The notes below the pieces were generated by a model. It did no database searches. It was given only the letters and a program-made list of their open reading frames with translations, and had not been told where the DNA came from. A stretch of DNA of 64,000 bases from Gemmatimonadota bacterium (GTDB lineage: Bacteria; Gemmatimonadota; Gemmatimonadetes; Gemmatimonadales; GWC2-71-9): contig JBGPPG010000003.1 of assembly GCA_041488455.1 (NCBI GenBank), positions 2,445-66,444 on the forward strand, in the 5' to 3' direction. Below, piece after piece: positions 35,816-45,817 of this stretch. Within the stretch, counting starts at the first letter, position 1. Every line of letters begins with the position of its first letter. The position numbers and the translations under genes were made by a program.

Positions 35816-36670
35816 GTGGCACCTACCCGCGTGCCGCGCGCGGCACGCACTTTCTCGTTCGAGTTCTTCCCTCCGCAGACGGCCGAGGGCGTGGACAAGC
35901 TGCGCGTGAGTCGCAGGCAATTGGCGCAGCTCAAGCCCGCCTTTTTCTCCGTGACCTTTGGAGCCGGAGGGTCTACGCGCGACCGCACCATGGACACTGT
36001 CCTGGAGATCCAGGCGGAGGGCCACCAGGCTGCACCGCACGTGTCGTGCATCGCCTCGACCAAGGCCTCCTTGCGCGAGATGTTGCAGGGCTATCGACAA
36101 GCTGGAATCAAGCGTGTCGTCGCGCTGCGCGGGGACATGCCGTCCGGGATGGTCGAGGCGGGCGAGTTTCGCTTCGCCAACGAGCTGGTCGCGTTCATCC
36201 GCCAGGAGTTCGGTGCCGCGCTGCACATCGAGGTCGCGGCCTATCCGGAGTACCACCCGCAGGCGCGTACGGCCCAGGAGGATCTAACCAACTTCAAGCG
36301 CAAGGTCGAGGCCGGTGCGGACTCGGCAATCACGCAGTACTTCTTCAACCCGGACGCCTACTTTGCTTTCGTGGACGAGTGCCAGAGTGCGGACATCAGC
36401 ATCCCGATCGTCCCTGGGATAATGCCCATCAACAGGTTTTCGCAGCTGGCACGCTTTTCCGACGCTTGCGGCGCGGAGATCCCACGCTGGATCCGGCGCA
36501 AGCTGGAAGGATACGGTGACGACAGCGTTTCGATCCGCTCCTTCGGACTCGATGTAGTGACCCAGCTGTGCGACCAACTGCTGCGCGGCGGGGCTCCCGG
36601 GCTGCACTTCTACACGCTCAACCAGGCCGGCCCCGCCACCACCATCTGGCAGCGGCTCGGCCTGTCCTGA
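35816..36670 (+). CDS. metF: methylenetetrahydrofolate reductase
   Basis: FSFEFFPPQTAEGVDKL, FFSVTFGAGGSTR, ALRGD and AYPEYHPQA, with a GTG start. Confidence 0.9.
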   Translation: MAPTRVPRAARTFSFEFFPPQTAEGVDKLRVSRRQLAQLKPAFFSVTFGAGGSTRDRTMDTVLEIQAEGHQAAPHVSCIASTKASLREMLQGYRQAGIKRVVALRGDMPSGMVEAGEFRFANELVAFIRQEFGAALHIEVAAYPEYHPQARTAQEDLTNFKRKVEAGADSAITQYFFNPDAYFAFVDECQSADISIPIVPGIMPINRFSQLARFSDACGAEIPRWIRRKLEGYGDDSVSIRSFGLDVVTQLCDQLLRGGAPGLHFYTLNQAGPATTIWQRLGLS

Positions 36671-36684
36671 GCCGATGCGTTAAC

Positions 36685-37932
36685 TCACGCCGCGAGCCGC
36701 TTCTTCTGCAAAGCGGCGCTGGCGTGCAGATGCGCGTAGGCCTGGTGCGCGGCGGCCTCGGCTTCACCCACGTGGACCGGCAGGCCCATGTCCGAGAGCA
36801 CTGAACCCAGCGCCGACAGGCACAGCATCACGTTCTCGGGCTTGCAGGAGTAGCCCATGATGCCGACGCGCCAGATCTTCCCGGCGAGCGGGCCCAGACC
36901 GGCGCCGATCTCGAGGTTGAACTCGGTTAGCAATGTCTTGCGGACCTCGGCTTCGCGGTCCTTGATCGCTTCGGGTACGTGCACCGCGTTCATCTGCGGC
37001 AGCCGCGCGCCTTCCTTGACCAAGTACTTGAGTCCCATCGCCTCCAGGCCGGCCCTGAGCGCGATGTGATGGCGCTGGTGCCGCGCCCACGCGTTCTCGA
37101 TTCCCTCTTCCTTCAAGATGAGCAGCGCCTCGTGCAGCGCGTACAGGCTGTTGGTGGGCGCAGTGTGATGATAGGTGCGCGTGGTGGCGCCCCAGTAGCC
37201 GAGCAGCAGGTTCATGTCCATGAACCAGCTGTGGATCTTGTCCTTGCGTGACTTGACGTAATCCACCACGCGATCGCTGAACGACACCGGCGAAAGGCCC
37301 GGCGTGCACGACAAGCACTTCTGGCTGGCGGAGTAAATGGCATCGATGTTCCATTCGTCGACCAGCACGGGAGTGCCGGCCAACGAGGTCACCGCGTCCA
37401 CAATGGTGAGCGCGTCGTGCTGGTGCGCAATCTGTACTAGCGTCTTCGCGTCGGATTGCACGCCGGTGGAAGTCTCCGCGTGCACGAAGGCGGCCAGGCG
37501 GGCGTCCGGGTTTTTCTTCAGTGCCTCCTCCAGCTTGTTCGGATCCACCGGCTCACCCCAGGCGTCTTCCACCACCACGGGAACGGCGCCGCAGCGCTCC
37601 ACGTTTTCAATCATGCGGCCACCGAACACCCCGTTGCGACATACGATGACTTTGTCGCCCGGCGCGACCAGGTTCACGAAGCAGTACTCCATACCCACCG
37701 AACCGGGGCCGGAGACCGGGAAAGTCAGGGCATTCTTGGTTTGCAACGCATAGCGCAGCAACCCCTTCAGCTCCTCCATCATCTCGACGAACACCGGGTC
37801 AAGGTAGCCGATGGCCGGGAGGCTCATGGCCGCCATGACCCGCGGGTTGATCTCAGACGGGCCGGGGCCCATCAGGGTCCGTTGCGGCGGATGGAAGGGA
37901 TGGATTCTCTTGGCCGGAGCGTAAGGGTTCAT
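36685..37932 (-). CDS. class-V PLP aminotransferase (serine-glyoxylate / alanine-glyoxylate type)
   Basis: The core starts at MNPYAPAKR...LMGPGPSEINPRV. The PLP-lysine motif is SASQKCL. An AGGAAG RBS lies ~8 nt upstream of ATG 37932. Confidence 0.85.
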   Translation of the reverse strand: MNPYAPAKRIHPFHPPQRTLMGPGPSEINPRVMAAMSLPAIGYLDPVFVEMMEELKGLLRYALQTKNALTFPVSGPGSVGMEYCFVNLVAPGDKVIVCRNGVFGGRMIENVERCGAVPVVVEDAWGEPVDPNKLEEALKKNPDARLAAFVHAETSTGVQSDAKTLVQIAHQHDALTIVDAVTSLAGTPVLVDEWNIDAIYSASQKCLSCTPGLSPVSFSDRVVDYVKSRKDKIHSWFMDMNLLLGYWGATTRTYHHTAPTNSLYALHEALLILKEEGIENAWARHQRHHIALRAGLEAMGLKYLVKEGARLPQMNAVHVPEAIKDREAEVRKTLLTEFNLEIGAGLGPLAGKIWRVGIMGYSCKPENVMLCLSALGSVLSDMGLPVHVGEAEAAAHQAYAHLHASAALQKKRLAA

Positions 37933-38199
37933 CGTGTCGCTTCCTGCGAGCGAGGGTCCGAATAGGCTGTCCTCTTCACCGCGCGACTTGAGCCGGATCG
38001 GCTTGCGCGCGTTGGCTTCGTTCAGTACTTCCACCGCGGCGATGGCGCCGTCGGTCAGGCGTTCGACCTCCATGGCCCAGCGGGAGGGAACGTAACCCGA
38101 CTTGACCCAGTTGTTGACGACCGCGCGGTCGACCCGAAAACGGCGTGAGACATCGGCCTGGCTGCCGAAGAGGGTAACGAGGCGATCAGCGCAGTTCAT
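37933..38199 (-). CDS. Cro/YdaS-like helix-turn-helix segment, in frame with and uninterrupted from the downstream aminotransferase
   Basis: MNCADRLVTLFGSQADVSRRFRVDRAVVNNWVKSGYVPSRWAMEVERLTDGAI matches the FGSQ..LA...GVS..AVS.W...G.IP...A..IE..T.G pattern of YdaS/Cro-type HTH proteins. No stop codon precedes the aminotransferase Met. Confidence 0.45.
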
Positions 38200-38262
38200 G
38201 GACGATCGGCGCAGTTTGACCGGTGGCGATGGGGATGCTTCATCGTCCGCAAGTCTGCCCTA

Positions 38263-38277
38263 TCAAACTAAATTTGA
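38263..38277. promoter_or_regulatory. AT-rich palindrome TCAAA-N5-TTTGA in the upstream region of the HTH/aminotransferase ORF (possible operator)
   Basis: It is a perfect 5+5 inverted repeat in the lowest-GC stretch of the window, 64-78 nt upstream (minus-strand sense) of the ATG at 38199. Confidence 0.2.
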
Positions 38278-38415
38278 CAAGCCAGACTTGATGAAGAGGC
38301 ACAACGTCGGTAGAAATTTCTCGGAACCGACCCCAAGACCTCCGCGAGTGGCTTTTCGCGCGACGAAATTTACATCGTCGGACCTGGGGTTCGGTGTATG
38401 GGAGCGCTCACACCG

Positions 38416-38850
38416 TCAGGCTTCGCCGGGGATCGACCGACGGCCGAGCCGGAAACGATACGGCAGCATCCCGAGAATCATTGCCGCCACGAACACCCAA
38501 ACCCGCCAATCCCCGAACGCGCTGCTGACCACCGCGGGGCCGGGGCAAAAACCGGACAGTCCCCAGCCCACGCCGAAGATGAGCGAGCCCGCCACCAGAG
38601 GAGGGTCGATGTTGCGTTCGGTCGGCGTACCGAACCGAGATGACAGTAATGGGGCGCTGCGCCTTCTCGAACTCCAATAGGCAGCACCGAAGACCGCCAA
38701 CGCGCCGACCATGACGAATGCCAAGCTCGGGTCCCAGCTTCCAGTGATGTCCAGGAAGCCGATGACCTTGGCCGGATTGGACATCTGCGAAACGATCAGC
38801 CCGACGCCGAAGACCAGGCCGGAGAGGAAGGCGACGACGATGCGGCTCAC
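38416..38850 (-). CDS. YeeE/YedE-family (sulfur-transport-like) half-size membrane protein
   Basis: GLIVSQMSNPAKVIGFLD and the GWGLSGFCPGP motif. GTG 38850 overlaps the upstream stop as GTGA. Confidence 0.75.
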   Translation of the reverse strand: MSRIVVAFLSGLVFGVGLIVSQMSNPAKVIGFLDITGSWDPSLAFVMVGALAVFGAAYWSSRRRSAPLLSSRFGTPTERNIDPPLVAGSLIFGVGWGLSGFCPGPAVVSSAFGDWRVWVFVAAMILGMLPYRFRLGRRSIPGEA

Positions 38851-39272
38851 GGCAGATGCTCCACGACGAAGACGGTCAGCATCCCGCTGGCCATGAAGCA
38901 CAGCGTGGCTACGATCGAGCGCAGTGAGAACCGGCCGATCCCGCACACGCCGTGGCCACTGGTGCAGCCGCTGCCCATCTGGGTGCCGAATCCCACCAGC
39001 AGCCCCGCAATCAGGAGTTGCCCCGCTCCGGCTTTCAGGTCGAAATGGACTGCGCCCGGGACCAGCAGCACCGCGCCCAGACCGGCGACCAGCAGCCCGG
39101 CCAGGAAGGCAACGCGCCAGGCGTTATCGGCGCCGGGTTCCGTCACGACGCCCCCCAGAACGCTGCTCACCCCGGCAATGCGGCCCAGCGCCCACCACAG
39201 CAGCGCCGTGGCGAGCCCGATCAGCACGCCGCCGACCAGAGCGGATACCGGGGTGAAGTTCACGACGCTCAT
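38847..39272 (-). CDS. YeeE/YedE-family half-size membrane protein
   Basis: GFGTQMGSGCTSGHGVCG is the conserved Cys motif of YeeE/YedE proteins. Four TM segments are present. Confidence 0.75.
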   Translation of the reverse strand: MSVVNFTPVSALVGGVLIGLATALLWWALGRIAGVSSVLGGVVTEPGADNAWRVAFLAGLLVAGLGAVLLVPGAVHFDLKAGAGQLLIAGLLVGFGTQMGSGCTSGHGVCGIGRFSLRSIVATLCFMASGMLTVFVVEHLP

Positions 39273-39284
39273 GCTTGCCTCCTC

Positions 39285-40163
39285 TCAGGCCGCATCCACC
39301 CGGTGCAGCGGGAGCGCTGGTTCGGAGATCGGCTCTTCGTCGAACGCAATGTCGCCCTGCGGGAAGGGCAGATCCTGGGTGCGCAGGCCGGCGAAGTCGA
39401 ATAGACCTCGATCCAGCAGGTGTGAAGGCTGCACGTGGGTCAGACCGTTGAACATGGTCTCGATGCGTCCCGGGAACTTCAGCTCCCACTCGCCCAGCAT
39501 GGCCTTGACCTGCTGGCGCTGCAGGTTGTCCTGCGAGCCGCACAGCTCGCAGGGGATGATGGGGAAGCGCTTCATCTCGGCGTAACTGGCCAGGTCCGCC
39601 TCGGCGACATAGGCGAGCGGGCGAATGACGATGTGCTCGCCGTCATCGCTCACCAGCTTGGGCGGCATGGCCTTAAGTTTGCCGCCGAAGAACAGGTTGA
39701 GGAAGAAGGTCTCGAGGATGTCGTCGCGATGGTGGCCCAACGCGATTCGGGTCGCCCCCACCTCCTTGGCCACGCGGTAGATCACGCCGCGCCTGAGGCG
39801 CGAGCACAGACCGCACATGGTCTTGCCCTCGGGGATAACGCGCTTCACCACGCCGTAGGTGTCCTGCTGCTCGATGCGGGACGCAACGCCTAGCGCGGCC
39901 AGATACGCGGGCAGCACATGCGCCGGATACCCGGGGTGCTTCTGGTCCAGATTGAAGGCGACGATCTCGAAGTCTACGGGCGCATGCTGCTGCAGGCTCA
40001 ACATGATTTCCAGCAGGCCGTAACTATCCTTCCCTCCCGAAACGCACACCATGACGCGGTCGCCGGGGCCGATCATGTCGAAGTCGGCAATGGCTTGGCC
40101 GACCAAGCGGCGCAGCCGTTTCTGCAGCTTGTTGGCTTCGTAGATCCGTTTCTGCAACCTCAT
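39285..40163 (-). CDS. ttcA: tRNA 2-thiocytidine(32) synthetase
   Basis: [20 protein letters not shown], the PP-loop CVSGGKDS, and the Fe-S ligands [10 protein letters not shown] and CELCGSQ. The start is set at Met26 of the track ORF. Confidence 0.9.
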   Translation of the reverse strand: MRLQKRIYEANKLQKRLRRLVGQAIADFDMIGPGDRVMVCVSGGKDSYGLLEIMLSLQQHAPVDFEIVAFNLDQKHPGYPAHVLPAYLAALGVASRIEQQDTYGVVKRVIPEGKTMCGLCSRLRRGVIYRVAKEVGATRIALGHHRDDILETFFLNLFFGGKLKAMPPKLVSDDGEHIVIRPLAYVAEADLASYAEMKRFPIIPCELCGSQDNLQRQQVKAMLGEWELKFPGRIETMFNGLTHVQPSHLLDRGLFDFAGLRTQDLPFPQGDIAFDEEPISEPALPLHRVDAA

Positions 40164-40170
40164 GGTTCGC

Positions 40171-40911
40171 TCACAGATGTATGCTGCGGCCACCGTCCAC
40201 CGCGATGACCTGGCCGGTGATGTAGGGGGCCTCCTCAATCAAGAAACGCACGGTACGGGCGATATCCTCGGGTTCGCCCATGCGCTTGAGCAGCGTGGAT
40301 TGAATGATGCGCTGCCGTGCCAGATCGTCGGACCAGCGCTCGTCCTCGGGCCACAGTATCGCACCGGGCGACACACCATTCACCCGCACCTCCGGCCCCA
40401 GCTCAGAGGCGAGCGCACGGGTCAGCGCGAGCAGGCCGCCCTTGGCCGCGCTGTATACCAAGTAGTTGCGCATTGGGCGGTCGGCGTGGATGTCGACGAT
40501 ATTGACGATGCAGCCGTGGCTGCGCTTGAGGTGCGGCGCGGCCGCTTGCGAAAGGAACAGCGGAGTCTTGAGGTTGGTCCCCACCAGGTCATCCCAGGAT
40601 TGCTCGGCGATTTCACCGATCGGCGTCGGATGGAAGCTCGAAGCGTTGTTAATGAGGACGTCCAGCCGGCCGAAGCGATTGACCGTCTCGCTCACCATGC
40701 TGGGGAGCAGCGAGATATTGAGCAGATCGGCCTGCATGAGCGCCACGCTATCGGCGCGCACGGCGTTCAGTTCGGCCTGCAGCGCCCGCGCCTCGTCCGC
40801 CGAAGACCGATAGTGCAGCATGAGGCTGGCGCCGCTAGCGTGCAGCATGCGGCAGGTAGCCGCGCCAACGCGGCGCGCGCCTCCAGTGATCAGCACGACC
40901 TTCTCGGCCAT
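40171..40911 (-). CDS. pteridine reductase-type short-chain dehydrogenase (FolM/PTR1-like)
   Basis: [15 protein letters not shown] and the YSAAK catalytic motif. The length and pattern are typical of proteobacterial pteridine reductases. Confidence 0.75.
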   Translation of the reverse strand: MAEKVVLITGGARRVGAATCRMLHASGASLMLHYRSSADEARALQAELNAVRADSVALMQADLLNISLLPSMVSETVNRFGRLDVLINNASSFHPTPIGEIAEQSWDDLVGTNLKTPLFLSQAAAPHLKRSHGCIVNIVDIHADRPMRNYLVYSAAKGGLLALTRALASELGPEVRVNGVSPGAILWPEDERWSDDLARQRIIQSTLLKRMGEPEDIARTVRFLIEEAPYITGQVIAVDGGRSIHL

Positions 40912-40979
40912 CTCGGTGCTCGTTGCCAGTCCAGTAGAATTCTAGCCGAATTACCGCCGCCGCCCGGCTTGTTCCCATC

Positions 40980-42143
40980 TTGACCAACTCCATTCTTACC
41001 GACCTGGCAGCCGATGCCGATGCGCTGGCGCACAGCCGCGCTCTGGTCGAGCTGATCGCCGCCGACATCGCGAGCTCGGGCGACTGGATCGGTTTCGACC
41101 GCTACATGCAGCTGGCACTGTACGCACCTGGGCTCGGCTACTATGCCGGCGGCGCGACCAAGTTCGGCGGCGCGGGCGATTTCGTCACCGCCCCCGAACT
41201 CTCGCCGCTGTTCAGCCAGACCCTCGCGTGGCAGGTCGCTGAAGTCCTTTCGGTCACCGGAGGCGACGTGCTCGAGCTGGGAGCCGGCTCGGGGCGCATG
41301 GCGGCGGACATGTTGCAAGCGCTCGACGCAACCGGGTCGCTTCCGCGCCGCTACCTGATCCTCGAGGTGAGCGGGGAATTGGCTGCACGGCAGAAGCAAC
41401 GGGTCCGGGCCCTTGCCCCGCGGTTGGCCTCCCGGGTCGCGTGGATCGACCGTACGCCGTCGGCGTTCCGCGGCGTGGTCGTGTGCAACGAGGTGCTCGA
41501 TGCGTTGCCTACGCACCTGATCCTATGGGGCGAGAGCGGCATCTGCGAACGCGGCGTCGGCTGGACCCGCCAGGCGTTCGTGTGGGAAGACCGCCCGTTG
41601 ACCGACCCCTGGCTCCTCGCCCAGGCCCGGCGCTTGAGCCTGCAGCCGTCGTATGTGAGCGAGGTGAGCCAAGCCGTGCCAGCGCTGGTACGAACGCTCG
41701 CTCGCGTCCTGGAAATCGGTGTCCTGCTGCTCCTCGATTACGGCTTCGGCGAGCGTGAGTACTACCATCCGCAGCGCGACCACGGGACGCTGATGTGCCA
41801 CTTCCGCCACCACGCCCATGGCGATCCGTTCTTCGCGCCGGGGCTGCAGGATATCACCAGCCACGTCGATTTCACCGCGGTGGCACAGGCGGCTACCCAT
41901 GCAGGGTTGGGACTGCTCGGCTACACCACGCAAGGGCAGTTCCTGGTGAACCTCGGCATTACCGACCTGATGGCACGCACGCCTGCCGCGGACGCCGCGA
42001 CGTACCTGCCGTTGGCCGCTCAGGCACACAAGCTTCTCAGCCCGGCCGAGATGGGCGAGCTGTTCAAGGTCATCGCGCTGGGGCGCGGGATCGACCGCGC
42101 GCTGGACGGCTTCCGCAGCGGGGACCTGAGCCGGCTCCTGTAG
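40980..42143 (+). CDS. MidA/NDUFAF7-family class I SAM-dependent methyltransferase (DUF185)
   Basis: FDRYMQLALYAPGLGYYAGG...GDFVTAPELSPLF...LELGAGSGRMA. The TTG start is uncertain. Confidence 0.8.
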   Translation: MTNSILTDLAADADALAHSRALVELIAADIASSGDWIGFDRYMQLALYAPGLGYYAGGATKFGGAGDFVTAPELSPLFSQTLAWQVAEVLSVTGGDVLELGAGSGRMAADMLQALDATGSLPRRYLILEVSGELAARQKQRVRALAPRLASRVAWIDRTPSAFRGVVVCNEVLDALPTHLILWGESGICERGVGWTRQAFVWEDRPLTDPWLLAQARRLSLQPSYVSEVSQAVPALVRTLARVLEIGVLLLLDYGFGEREYYHPQRDHGTLMCHFRHHAHGDPFFAPGLQDITSHVDFTAVAQAATHAGLGLLGYTTQGQFLVNLGITDLMARTPAADAATYLPLAAQAHKLLSPAEMGELFKVIALGRGIDRALDGFRSGDLSRLL

Positions 42144-42170
42144 AATGCCGCCTCGGCTGCTGCCCAGCTC

Positions 42171-43073
42171 ATGACCTCGGCCCTGCGTACACCTGACCAG
42201 CGGTTCTCTATGCTGCCGGGATTCGCCTATGACCCGCACTACATCGAGGAGCTGCGTGGCTTTGAGGGACTGCGCATGCACTATGTCGATGCGGGTAATG
42301 GCGATGCGGATACAGTGTTCGTCTGCCTGCACGGCCAGCCGACCTGGGCCTACGTGTTCCGCCGGATGATCCCGGTGTTTGAGCAGGCGGGGCACCGGGT
42401 GATTGCCCCGGACCTGTTCGGCTTCGGCCGCTCGGACAAGCCGGTCGAAGACGCGGCTTACACCTTCGAGTTCCACCGCAACGCGCTCATGGCTTTATTC
42501 GAGGCGCTGGATCTGCGCGACGTCTGCCTCGTGGTGCAAGACTGGGGTGGGCTGCTGGGCCTGACGCTGCCGATGGCGGTGCCGGAGCGTATCACGCGGC
42601 TTTTGATCATGAACACGACGCTGGGCACCGGCGACGAGCCGTTGCCGGAGGGTTTCGTGGCCTGGCGCGACTGGGCCAATAAGAATCCCGACATGGCGGT
42701 GGGCAAGCTGCTCGGACGGGCCTGCCCGCACCTGACGCCGGAGGAATCGGCCGCCTACGATGCGCCGTTCCCGGATGTGCGCTACAAGGCCGGCGTGCGG
42801 CGCTTTCCAAATCTCGTGCCCGAGCGCCCGGATGCGCCCGGCGCCGCGACATCGCGCGCGGCGCGCGAGTGGCTGCGGACCGGGTGGACCGGTCACAGCT
42901 TCATGGCGATCGGCATGAAGGACCCCGTGCTCGGCCCGCCAGTCATGCGCGCGCTGCACACCCACATCCGCGGTTGCCCCGCACCGATGGAAGTCTCCGA
43001 GGCCGGCCATTTCGTTCAGGAGTGGGGCGAGCGCGTAGCCGCCAACGCTCTCGTTCACTTCTCTCTGTATTAG
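42171..43073 (+). CDS. haloalkane dehalogenase-type alpha/beta hydrolase
   Basis: RMHYVDAGNGDADTVFVCLHGQPTWAYVFRRMIP...DLFGFGRSDKP...the nucleophile elbow VVQDWGG...a C-terminal AGHFVQE. Confidence 0.8.
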   Translation: MTSALRTPDQRFSMLPGFAYDPHYIEELRGFEGLRMHYVDAGNGDADTVFVCLHGQPTWAYVFRRMIPVFEQAGHRVIAPDLFGFGRSDKPVEDAAYTFEFHRNALMALFEALDLRDVCLVVQDWGGLLGLTLPMAVPERITRLLIMNTTLGTGDEPLPEGFVAWRDWANKNPDMAVGKLLGRACPHLTPEESAAYDAPFPDVRYKAGVRRFPNLVPERPDAPGAATSRAAREWLRTGWTGHSFMAIGMKDPVLGPPVMRALHTHIRGCPAPMEVSEAGHFVQEWGERVAANALVHFSLY

Positions 43074-43093
43074 CCGCCAAGACGCCGAGAGAA

Positions 43094-44443
43094 ATGCACA
43101 TACACATCCTAGGCGTCTGCGGCACCTTCATGGGCGGTATCGCGGTGATCGCCAAGCAGGCCGGCCATGAAGTGACCGGCTGCGACGCCAACGTCTACCC
43201 GCCGATGAGCACGCAACTCGAGTTGCAGGGCATCCGCTTGATCGAAGGCTGGGACCCGAAGCAGATCGAGCTCGAGCCCGACCTGTTCGTGATCGGCAAC
43301 GTGGTGTCGCGCGGCAACCCTCTGGTTGAGGAGATCCTCGACCGCAACCTGGCCTATGTCTCCGGCCCGCAGTGGCTCTACGAGCGCGTGCTTCGGGACC
43401 ACTGGGTGCTGGCGGTGGCTGGAACCCACGGCAAGACCACCACGAGTGCCATGGCTGCGTGGATCCTGGAAGACGCGGGCCTGAACCCCGGATTCCTGAT
43501 CGGTGGCGTGCCGGAAAACTTTGGCGTCTCGGCCCGCGTGACCGACTCGCCCTTCTTCGTCATCGAGGCGGACGAGTACGACACGGCGTTCTTCGACAAG
43601 CGTTCGAAGTTCGTTCACTACCGTCCGCGGACCGCCGTGCTGAGCAACCTGGAGTACGACCACGCGGACATTTTCCCGGACCTTGCTGCCATCGAAATGC
43701 AGTTCCATCATCTGGTGCGCAGCATCCCGCGCAGCGGGCTGATCGTCGCCAACGGGCGGGAGCCGAGCATAGAGCGGGTGCTCGAGCGCGGTTGCTGGAC
43801 GCCGGTGGAGCTGCTCGGCGTCGATGACGGCTGGTCCTCTGGTGAGCCAGCCCCAGACGGCGGCTTCGAGGTGCGCTTCAGGGGAAGGGCCCAAGGCATC
43901 GTACGCTGGGGCCTGCTGGGCGAGCACAACCGCCACAACGCGCTCGCCGCCTTGGCGGCGGCGCGCCACGCCGGCGTGCCTGTCGCGCAAGGGCTGGCTG
44001 CGCTGGCTCGCTTCAAGAATGTGAAGCGCCGCATGGAGGTACGAGGAGTTGTAAACGCCGTGACGGTGTACGACGACTTCGCACACCATCCGACCGCGGT
44101 CCAGCTCACCATCGCCGGCCTGCGCGCCAAGGTGGGAAAGGCCAGGATACTCGCCGTGCTGGAGCCGCGTTCCGCCACCATGAGGCTGGGGGTGATGAAG
44201 GACAGCCTGGCACCCAGCCTGTCGGACGCGCAGCTGGTGTTCTGCTACACCGGCGGCATCGGCTGGGACGCGCAGGGTGCGCTCGCGCCACTAGGCGCGA
44301 AAGCGGCCTGCTACGACGATCTCGCGCAGCTGGTTCAGGCCATAGCGGCGGCGGTACGGCCCGGGGACCACGTACTGGTCATGAGCAACGGCGGATTCGG
44401 CGGCATTCACGTCAAACTCCTGCAGGCGCTCGCCGCGGCGTGA
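43094..44443 (+). CDS. mpl: UDP-N-acetylmuramate:L-alanyl-gamma-D-glutamyl-meso-DAP ligase (murein peptide ligase)
   Basis: MHIHILGVCGTFMGGIAVIAKQAGHEVTGCDANVYPPMSTQL and GTHGKTTT, with Mur-ligase architecture. Confidence 0.9.
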   Translation: MHIHILGVCGTFMGGIAVIAKQAGHEVTGCDANVYPPMSTQLELQGIRLIEGWDPKQIELEPDLFVIGNVVSRGNPLVEEILDRNLAYVSGPQWLYERVLRDHWVLAVAGTHGKTTTSAMAAWILEDAGLNPGFLIGGVPENFGVSARVTDSPFFVIEADEYDTAFFDKRSKFVHYRPRTAVLSNLEYDHADIFPDLAAIEMQFHHLVRSIPRSGLIVANGREPSIERVLERGCWTPVELLGVDDGWSSGEPAPDGGFEVRFRGRAQGIVRWGLLGEHNRHNALAALAAARHAGVPVAQGLAALARFKNVKRRMEVRGVVNAVTVYDDFAHHPTAVQLTIAGLRAKVGKARILAVLEPRSATMRLGVMKDSLAPSLSDAQLVFCYTGGIGWDAQGALAPLGAKAACYDDLAQLVQAIAAAVRPGDHVLVMSNGGFGGIHVKLLQALAAA

Positions 44444-44506
44444 GTCGGGCCCAGGCTTTCCTGACCGGCGCAGACCTAGCAGAGCTTCAGCCCAGGAGGA
44501 TCAGAC

Positions 44507-45817
44507 ATGCACCGGCGAATCCCATCGCCAGCCCCGAGGACGATCGAGCCGCCGGTACAGCACGTGAGAGGCACCTACCTGCGCTGGGGACAGCTGGCCC
44601 TCGGCGTGGTCTGCATGATGTCGATCTCGAGCCCGCAGTACGTCTGGGCGCTGTTCACCAAACCGATGGCGGCCAAGCTGGGCGTGACTCTGGCACAACT
44701 CCAAGTCACCTTCTCGATCCTCATCGTCCTGCAGACTTTTCTCGCCCCCGTGCAAGGGTTCCTGGTCGAGAGGTTCGGTCCCAAGCGACTGCTCTCGCTC
44801 GGGGCCGTACTCACCGGAGCCAGCTGGGTGCTCGCCGCCAGCGCCCATGACATCGCTTCGCTCTATTTGACTTATGGGCTGCTGGGGGGCATGGGGACCG
44901 GGATCATCTATATCGGGGTGATCGGTCTCATGGTGAAGTGGTTCCCCGATAAGCGCGGTCTCGCGACCGGTCTGGTGGCGGCTGGCTATGGGATGGGTGC
45001 GGTTTTCACCACGTTTCCGATCTCGATCGGTATCGCCGCAACCGGCTACCAGCACACGCTGGTCATTTACGGCGTCGTGTTCGGCGCTGTGGGGTTGGTT
45101 GCGGCGTTGGCGTTGAAAAGCCCGCCGAACGGTTACGGTCCGAGACCCGATCATCCGCCGGCTTCCGTGCAGGCTCGTGATGTAACGCCGGCCGCGATGC
45201 TGAGAACCCCGATCTTCTGGCTCCTGTTCCTGATGATGACCATGATGTCGACCTCAGGGCTGATGGTGATCTCTCAGATCGGCGCATTCGCCCGCGACTT
45301 CGGTGTGGCCGAGGTGGCAGTCTTCGGCTTGGCGGCGCTCCCGCTCGCGCTCACGCTGGACCGCATCACGAACGGGTTGACGAGGCCGTTCTTCGGTTGG
45401 GTGTCGGATCGGATTGGGCGGGAAGACACGATGTTCATCGCGTTCGCGCTCGAAGGCTGCGCGATGACGGCGTGGCTGCTGACCAGGGACAACGCCGTGC
45501 TGTTCGTCCTGCTGTCGGGTGTGGTCTTCTTCGGGTGGGGAGAGATATTCTCGCTCTTCCCCTCTACGCTCACCGACACGTTCGGCCCGCGCCACGCCAC
45601 GACGAACTACGGCCTGTTGTACATGGCTCAGGGCGTCGGTTCGATCCTCGGAGGACCACTGGCGGCGCTCCTGTATCAGGCCACCGCTACCTGGACGAGC
45701 GTGTTTGCCGTCGTAATCGCGATGAATTTCGCCACCGCCTTTCTGGCGCTGGCCGTGCTCAAAACCGCGCGCAAGCGATACCTCGCGCCTTGCGGGAAGT
45801 CGGTTGCCGCATGCTGA
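44507..45817 (+). CDS. MFS transporter, oxalate/formate antiporter (OFA) family
   Basis: 12-TM ORF, with SSPQYVWALFTKPMAAKLG and FLVERFGPKR typical of the OFA subfamily. Confidence 0.8.
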   Translation: MHRRIPSPAPRTIEPPVQHVRGTYLRWGQLALGVVCMMSISSPQYVWALFTKPMAAKLGVTLAQLQVTFSILIVLQTFLAPVQGFLVERFGPKRLLSLGAVLTGASWVLAASAHDIASLYLTYGLLGGMGTGIIYIGVIGLMVKWFPDKRGLATGLVAAGYGMGAVFTTFPISIGIAATGYQHTLVIYGVVFGAVGLVAALALKSPPNGYGPRPDHPPASVQARDVTPAAMLRTPIFWLLFLMMTMMSTSGLMVISQIGAFARDFGVAEVAVFGLAALPLALTLDRITNGLTRPFFGWVSDRIGREDTMFIAFALEGCAMTAWLLTRDNAVLFVLLSGVVFFGWGEIFSLFPSTLTDTFGPRHATTNYGLLYMAQGVGSILGGPLAALLYQATATWTSVFAVVIAMNFATAFLALAVLKTARKRYLAPCGKSVAAC

